Both the position numbers and the translations under genes were made by a program. 39,182 nt of DNA from a virus. The stretch lies in the IMG/VR virus record IMGVR_UViG_3300021184_000001, positions 98,854 through 138,035 of that record. One strand, written 5' to 3'. Every line of letters begins with the position of its first letter. Position 1 is the stretch's first letter. Below are positions 34,010 through 39,182 of this stretch, piece by piece. Below the pieces are notes generated by a model that was not told where the DNA came from, did no database searches, and saw only the letters and a list, made by a program, of their open reading frames with translations.

Positions 34010-34038
34010 GGGCCGTCCGGTGCTACACCGGACGGCCC
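34010..34038 (+). terminator. 13-bp hairpin after rtcB
   Basis: GGGCCGTCCGGTG-CTA-CACCGGACGGCCC. Confidence 0.55.
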
Positions 34039-34073
34039 ACCCTCATGTACGGCACCTACCCCCGGGAGACCTG

Positions 34074-34685
34074 ATGCAAACCGCCATCGACGGCTACCTG
34101 CGCCGCACCATCGCCAAACCCCTGGTCGACGAGCTCGTCGCCACCGGCTTCACCCATCTGACCGAGTCCGAGCCGCTGGCCGGGAAGTTCGTCATCGTCC
34201 ACCTCGCCGACGTCACCAAAGGCACCTGGTGGGGCTACGACTGGCAGCTCACCGGTGCCGTCGTCGTCGCCACCAGCGCCGTCGGACCCTGGCGATACAC
34301 CCCGAGCATGTTTGGCTGCGAACCGCACGCTGAGGGCGTCACGGCCCTGGCCCACACGACGATGCCCGTCGTCCCGTACAAAGACGTCAGCGGCCAGATC
34401 AGCAGCCTCTACGAGCGCGTCCTGGCCCAGTTCACGGCAGCGAAGATCCCGGCGTCGGTGCGCGCGTGGAATCAGGTCGCCCGCGCCGAATGGCACTGGC
34501 ACAAAGCCGAAGGCGCCCGCCAAGGCGTTTGGGACCGCCTCTACCGCGAAGGGCTCCTGGACGACATGGACCGCGACGACCGCAACCGGCTCGTGGAGTG
34601 GGCCGTGCAGTTCGGGTCCGATCCGATGATGTTGCGCCGTGAACGCGCCGCCCACGAGTACGCGACATGGTCGGGCACCTCGTGA
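34074..34685 (+). CDS. Hypothetical protein
   Basis: GGGAG RBS. Confidence 0.75.
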   Translation: MQTAIDGYLRRTIAKPLVDELVATGFTHLTESEPLAGKFVIVHLADVTKGTWWGYDWQLTGAVVVATSAVGPWRYTPSMFGCEPHAEGVTALAHTTMPVVPYKDVSGQISSLYERVLAQFTAAKIPASVRAWNQVARAEWHWHKAEGARQGVWDRLYREGLLDDMDRDDRNRLVEWAVQFGSDPMMLRRERAAHEYATWSGTS

Positions 34686-35143
34686 CGGTCCCATGGCGGT
34701 TCACCGACACGTACTGGCATGACGACGTGCCCGGATACGTCGCGGTCGTCTCCTACTGGAGACGCCCTTGGAAAGAGCTGTTCGACGACAACCGGCGCCT
34801 GCGCCACGGCGACGACCCGCTCAGCCACGACCAGCACCGGCCCTGCACCGTGCGGCTGCGCCGCCGCTGGCTCCTGTGGCACGGCCGCACCGTCGGACTC
34901 AAGTTCAGCGTGCACGGCCTCGTCCCGGCCAGAAAGAAAGCACGGGAGCTGCTGGCCACCATGGCCGACCTGGCCGACCCGACTATCCTGGCCTCAGCCA
35001 GGGTGGATGAAGGCACGACGCCGCTGACCGGCTGGGCCAATCTCCCCCCCTGCTACATGGACTTCCGGCGGCACGACCTGTCGCTGCCCACACCTACCTG
35101 CGGATGCGAAGGCCTGTGCCGCTGCACCGCCACGATCCGATAA
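34682..35143 (+). CDS. Hypothetical protein
   Basis: GTGA overlap; Cys-rich C-terminus. Confidence 0.6.
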   Translation: MTVPWRFTDTYWHDDVPGYVAVVSYWRRPWKELFDDNRRLRHGDDPLSHDQHRPCTVRLRRRWLLWHGRTVGLKFSVHGLVPARKKARELLATMADLADPTILASARVDEGTTPLTGWANLPPCYMDFRRHDLSLPTPTCGCEGLCRCTATIR

Positions 35144-35158
35144 ACGAGGAGACCGAGC

Positions 35159-35428
35159 ATGGCCCGACCGTTGAAACCCGTCCGCGCCGCCTCCAAGTTC
35201 CAGCAGGTGTACGACGCGGTCCTGGAACGCCTGGAAGAAGGCGAGGGCATGTACGCCCCCGGCGAGGCGCTCCCGGCCGCCAGCACGCTGGCGGCGCAGT
35301 TCGACGTCAGCACCGCCACGGTCGGCCGGGTCATGCAGGTACTCATCAAGGAAGGCTGGCTCGCGCGCGGCGGCAACGGCTACCCGCCACGCGTCCGCTA
35401 CCGGGCGATGAAAGAGGGAACCCAGTGA
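35159..35428 (+). CDS. GntR-family HTH (stand-alone)
   Basis: FQQVYDAV...YAPGEALP...LAAQFDVSTATVGRVMQVLIKEGWL. Confidence 0.85.
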   Translation: MARPLKPVRAASKFQQVYDAVLERLEEGEGMYAPGEALPAASTLAAQFDVSTATVGRVMQVLIKEGWLARGGNGYPPRVRYRAMKEGTQ

Positions 35429-35733
35429 CCACCACGCAGGGCGTTGTGACCCGCGACGAGTACGGGTGGGACGATCTGTGCAAGGATCTGGCGTACTCAA
35501 CGCCGTTGACCTTGATGCAGACCCACCACCTGCTGTGGCCCCTGCAGGACCGAAGCGAACACCCTGAGGCACCCGTCCTGCACCCCTATGATCTGTACGT
35601 GCCCCTCGTGGACCTGCTCACCGCCGAGGGCGACTACCGGATCATAGGCAGCGCGATCCGGCGTCTGGCAGCCCCGACTCCCGAAGACACAGGCCTTGAT
35701 ACCGAGAAGGGACAGCAGGATGGAAAGAATTAA
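35425..35733 (+). CDS. Hypothetical protein
   Basis: GTGA overlap, GAGGGA RBS. Confidence 0.65.
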   Translation: MTTTQGVVTRDEYGWDDLCKDLAYSTPLTLMQTHHLLWPLQDRSEHPEAPVLHPYDLYVPLVDLLTAEGDYRIIGSAIRRLAAPTPEDTGLDTEKGQQDGKN

Positions 35734-36172
35734 CGGGCACCTCATCCAGCTCCACCGTGAAGGCATCATCGGACCCGGCGACTGCAGTGTATGCGGCCAG
35801 GACAACTGGAACCCCGGATACGACCGGGGCAACGACCGGACCTACATCGGATTCCAATGCCGAGGATGCGGACACATCACCGGCATGCAGTATCCCGAAC
35901 CGGGAGAGGCGCCGGACGCCGTTGAAGGTGTGCCGTCGCTCAAGCACGTGGTAGCCGAACTGAAGGCCATACGCGCTGACCTCAAGAACTGCGCCCGCGA
36001 CACCACGGGCCTGATGTACGAGTCAGGCCCCGACGGGCTGCGCCTGCGCGAGTACGTCGCCGGAGCCGACACCAACGGGCCACCCGAGGAGTGCGACGAC
36101 CGCATCTGGGCAGCGCGAGGCCGCGTGACGGATCTCCTCGACCTCTTCGACCCCACTGATAAGGAATCGTGA
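35720..36172 (+). CDS. Zn-ribbon protein (CSVC...CRGC)
   Basis: GAAGGGA RBS. Confidence 0.7.
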   Translation: MERINGHLIQLHREGIIGPGDCSVCGQDNWNPGYDRGNDRTYIGFQCRGCGHITGMQYPEPGEAPDAVEGVPSLKHVVAELKAIRADLKNCARDTTGLMYESGPDGLRLREYVAGADTNGPPEECDDRIWAARGRVTDLLDLFDPTDKES

Positions 36173-36759
36173 TGGACCTGCGAAGACCCTCGTTCATCTG
36201 GAACCGGGAGCGCGTGGTGATCGCGGAGCTCCTGCTGTGCAGCGACGCACCGCGCACTGCCATGTCGGTGGCGCGGGCGCTGCGGCTGCAGCGCGTCAAC
36301 GCCCTGGGGTCGCTGGAGCGCATGGAGAAAGAAGGGTTCCTGGAAGCCAACCGGCCCTACGATCCCGACCTCCTGGGCACCGATCGGACGTTCACGATCG
36401 CCCCCGTCACCCGCGACTACGTCCAGGAACGCGTCAACCGCTTCCGCCAGCGCTATCCGCTGCAGCAGTGGTACGTCGAGATCGAGGTCCCCACGGCCCC
36501 GCTGTCGGCAGAGGAGGAGCAGGCGCTCCGGCAGGCGATGCCGAGGCTGAGCCGTCTCAGGCAGGCGCCGCAGCAGTGGCTCACCGTCGTCATGAAGGTC
36601 GCCACCGAGCACCGGTATGACGCTTTCGATGCCGCCTATGACGAATTCGTCGAGGCCTGGGAGCATACCCTGGAACGGGGCAGCCTCCCGAACTTCGGTG
36701 TCAGCCACACCGCCAGCTGGGATGACAGCGCCGAAGCAGGCGAGAAGGACGAGGGTTGA
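36169..36759 (+). CDS. Protein with N-terminal winged-HTH-like domain
   Basis: PRTAMSVARALRL...LERMEKEGFL. Confidence 0.7.
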   Translation: MMDLRRPSFIWNRERVVIAELLLCSDAPRTAMSVARALRLQRVNALGSLERMEKEGFLEANRPYDPDLLGTDRTFTIAPVTRDYVQERVNRFRQRYPLQQWYVEIEVPTAPLSAEEEQALRQAMPRLSRLRQAPQQWLTVVMKVATEHRYDAFDAAYDEFVEAWEHTLERGSLPNFGVSHTASWDDSAEAGEKDEG

Positions 36760-37175
36760 TGGATGAAGACCGGCTGATCAACCGGGACCTGATCTGGGCC
36801 CCGGGCACTGATGACCTCACCAGCACGCAGATGGACGCCATCCGGATGCGTGATGCCAACGCCATCCGGCCCATCCCCTCGAAGACCGCGCTCGGCTACG
36901 ATCACTTGATGGCCGACGCCGACCGGCGTGCGCTCATCGCCGAGGTCGACCGGCTCGAAGCGAAGCTGGCGGCCACCCAGGAGTTCGCCGAGCGGTGCGC
37001 GGCCGAGCGGGACCAGTACCGCGCCTGGCGCGATGAGGCATGCGACGAGCTGGAGAACCACCGCGACAACGCGCTCACGGCGGCGTTCGCCCTGGCCGAC
37101 ATCGCGAAGGCCGCAATGGTTGAGCGTGATGAACTGATTGCCCGTCTTGCCGATACTGGCGCCCGCAACCGCTGA
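36759..37175 (+). CDS. Coiled-coil phage-type protein (ALIAEVDRL)
   Basis: Overlaps upstream stop; heptad repeats. Confidence 0.7.
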   Translation: MDEDRLINRDLIWAPGTDDLTSTQMDAIRMRDANAIRPIPSKTALGYDHLMADADRRALIAEVDRLEAKLAATQEFAERCAAERDQYRAWRDEACDELENHRDNALTAAFALADIAKAAMVERDELIARLADTGARNR

Positions 37176-37182
37176 AAACAGC

Positions 37183-37214
37183 GTTGCCGGGGGTATGCGC
37201 GCACCCCCGGCAAC
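37183..37214. terminator. Hairpin between convergent genes
   Basis: GTTGCCGGGGGT/ACCCCCGGCAAC. Confidence 0.7.
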
Positions 37215-37229
37215 TACCGGTCTTCGCCC

Positions 37230-38006
37230 TTACGGAACGCTGATCTTCCAAGAGCCGTCAGCGACGACCGTCACGACCGCGACCTCGTCGTTGACGGGGA
37301 CCGTCCCTTCGTAGGAGCCGATCGTGTTGACCAGAAGGTCACCAATCGCCAGATCCGAGAGGGGTGTCTGGTGGACCTGGAAGTTCGAGTCGCCGTCGTG
37401 GGTAATAGCCCAGTCGGCCGCACCGCCGTCGTAAACGTAGACCGCGTCGCCGTCGCCCTCGGCGGGCAGTTCCAGGCGAGGCGCCTCCTCGAAGGAGGCG
37501 ATGGTGATCTCCCAGTCGCCGTCGGCGGTGACCTTGAGGTTGGTCGGTTCGCCGCCGAGGTCGTAGAGACCGAATGCGGTAGTGCCCTCGTAGGACCCGA
37601 TGGTGTTGACGGGCAGGTCGCCGGTCATCTCGTTGCCCTCGTCGAGCACGGTGAGCTGGAAATTCGAATCGCCGCTGTGGCTGGCGGTGATGGTGCCCTC
37701 CACCGCGCCCTCAGGCAGCGCAATGGTGGCGTCCCCGGAACCGGTTTCGGTGTAGGCCTCGAAGGAGTCCTCGAACTCGACTGCGCCGAGGTCTTCCGCG
37801 TCTTCGGCGACGCCGTCGGTGGCATCGTTCAGGTCGTCAAGGCCTTCGGTGAGGCCTTCGGACGTCTTGCCGGGCTCGACGTCGCCGCTGAGGGCGCCTG
37901 CGATGGTGCCGATGGTGCACACACCGATCAGGGCATAGAGGGTAATGGCCCACCACCTGGTGTACCAGCGTTTCGGCTTGCGAGCGGGGGAAGGGGGGAC
38001 GGTCAT
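37230..38006 (-). CDS. Membrane-anchored acidic surface protein with two beta-sandwich-like repeats
   Basis: RWYTRWW plus TM; repeats HSGDSNFQ...VNTIGSYEGT...ADGDW and HDGDSNFQ...VNTIGSYEGT...ADGSW. Confidence 0.85.
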   Translation of the reverse strand: MTVPPSPARKPKRWYTRWWAITLYALIGVCTIGTIAGALSGDVEPGKTSEGLTEGLDDLNDATDGVAEDAEDLGAVEFEDSFEAYTETGSGDATIALPEGAVEGTITASHSGDSNFQLTVLDEGNEMTGDLPVNTIGSYEGTTAFGLYDLGGEPTNLKVTADGDWEITIASFEEAPRLELPAEGDGDAVYVYDGGAADWAITHDGDSNFQVHQTPLSDLAIGDLLVNTIGSYEGTVPVNDEVAVVTVVADGSWKISVP

Positions 38007-38059
38007 AGCGGCTCCTTCATTCAGGGTTACGTGACCATACTAGAGTGGACCTCACTACC
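38004..38059 (-). promoter_or_regulatory. Duplicated 56-bp leader/promoter, copy 1
   Basis: Contains TAGAGTGGACCTCACTACC (38041-59), identical to 38467-85, plus RBS GAAGGAG. Confidence 0.8.
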
Positions 38060-38162
38060 TGGTCGACGAGCGCTGACACGTACCTCTGACCTGGCAAAAC
38101 ATCCCTCACATAGCACGGTTGCCGGGGACGCGTGCGCCCCCGGGAAGCACGAGCCTGCACCC

Positions 38163-38432
38163 CTACGGGGCGGTCATCTTCCACGACTCGCTGTCGACGA
38201 TCGTAACGACCGCGAACAGGCCGACGTCCTCGCCCGCGCCCTCGTCATCATCGTCGCCGTCGTCGAACTGCTCCGAAATCCCGTCGTCATCGTCGTCGTC
38301 GTCATCGTCGTCATCGTCGTCGCCCATGGCGCACGCGATTGCGATGGCAGCGGACACCGCAGCCAGCGCGATGACCCACGAGCGCCGGTACCAGGGCTTG
38401 GGCCGCTGCTCGTGGGAAGGTGGGATTGGCAT
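38163..38432 (-). CDS. Internally deleted paralog of 37230 with a poly-Asp tract
   Basis: PWYRRSW plus TM, 13 consecutive Asp, C-terminus AVVTIVDSESWKMTAP vs AVVTVVADGSWKISVP. Confidence 0.7.
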   Translation of the reverse strand: MPIPPSHEQRPKPWYRRSWVIALAAVSAAIAIACAMGDDDDDDDDDDDDDGISEQFDDGDDDDEGAGEDVGLFAVVTIVDSESWKMTAP

Positions 38433-38485
38433 GGCGACTCCTTCAGTCACGGATACGAACACATAATAGAGTGGACCTCACTACC
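38430..38485 (-). promoter_or_regulatory. Duplicated 56-bp leader/promoter, copy 2
   Basis: Colinear, gap-free match to 38004-38059. Confidence 0.8.
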
Positions 38486-38553
38486 GTCTTGCGAGTACTG
38501 CCGTCGTCTGCCCACAGATGACCCACGCACGCCATATCGAACGGAACCACAGA

Positions 38554-38982
38554 ATGGCAGTCTTGAACACGCCGTACGACCAATACCTCGAATATCTGCG
38601 TAACCGCATGCAAGACGTCAAGGCCGACCCCGACCTCACGCGGTCGGCCCGCAGCACCGCCATCAAAGAACTCCACGGGGCCGCACTCCAGTTCATCACC
38701 ATGAACCAGCTCATGACGGTGCAGCAGAAACCGGGGAAACGCCATCGCCCCGCGACCGAAGAAGAAATCCGGGAGCGCGTCGCCGCTTGTGTCGACGGCG
38801 TCTCCATCGAGCGGTTCGTCGCTGACATGGTCGACTGCGGCGTGAACGAAGAGGAAGCCTGGGACGCCGCCTCGGATGCGGGGTACGGCGACATCGAACT
38901 GTGGGGCATGACCTTCGCCGAAGCCATCCAAGCCGCTGGCTCTTTCGGCATTCCCTACGCCCCCATCCTCGCCCGCGACTGA
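38554..38982 (+). CDS. Hypothetical protein
   Basis: Open frame with plausible codon use; start uncertain. Confidence 0.6.
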   Translation: MAVLNTPYDQYLEYLRNRMQDVKADPDLTRSARSTAIKELHGAALQFITMNQLMTVQQKPGKRHRPATEEEIRERVAACVDGVSIERFVADMVDCGVNEEEAWDAASDAGYGDIELWGMTFAEAIQAAGSFGIPYAPILARD

Positions 38983-39032
38983 GCCACTATCTACCGGTAT
39001 ACAACCGCGAACAACGAGGAGGAAAGCACAGC

Positions 39033-39182
39033 ATGGTCGAAATGACCGCAACCGCATTGGATGTTCTCCGCGCCGGTCTTGACTGGCTGTACCGCACCGA
39101 ACAGACCGACGGCCAATCGGTCGTAAGCCACCACGGCATCAACGCTCCGGTAATCGAAGGTCGCCGGTACCGGTTCGTACCC
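39033..39182 (+). CDS. 5' part of a hypothetical protein (runs off window)
   Basis: GAGGAGG RBS; MVEMTATALDVLRAGLDWLY... Confidence 0.6.
   Translation, partial: MVEMTATALDVLRAGLDWLYRTEQTDGQSVVSHHGINAPVIEGRRYRFVP

Noticed and set aside
1-39182. Retron, DGR, integron or transposon
   Set aside because: No reverse transcriptase, catalytic integrase or transposase motifs in any frame; intergenic hairpins lack a common attC-type GTT core

Overview
GC-rich (roughly two-thirds G+C by eye, not computed) actinobacterial mobile-element DNA, most likely the early/accessory arm of a large actinophage; a phage-plasmid or large plasmid cannot be excluded. It carries about 75 short, tightly packed, mostly + strand genes with strong GAAGGAG-type RBSs. 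No capsid, terminase, polymerase, relaxase or catalytic integrase gene is visible. Recognisable genes: an RtcB RNA ligase, a tRNA-Lys(UUU) with a remodelled, partly unpaired anticodon stem, an M15-like endolysin with a peptidoglycan-binding domain, an r1t-type holin, a DUF2493/SLOG protein, a SAM-methyltransferase-like protein, PadR/GntR/XRE regulators and lipoproteins. Most other genes fall into small paralogous families: three ArdA-like proteins, four possibly Ocr-like acidic helical proteins, and several pairs or trios. The intergenic DNA holds repeated elements: a 15-bp core 98-100 nt upstream of three start codons, two hairpin families, a 25-bp direct repeat bracketing one gene, and a duplicated 56-bp leader. 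Best overall reading (inference): a host-takeover/anti-defence island combining multi-copy DNA-mimic antirestriction proteins with a tRNA-Lys replacement and repair function. All family assignments come from motif recognition by eye; no searches were run.
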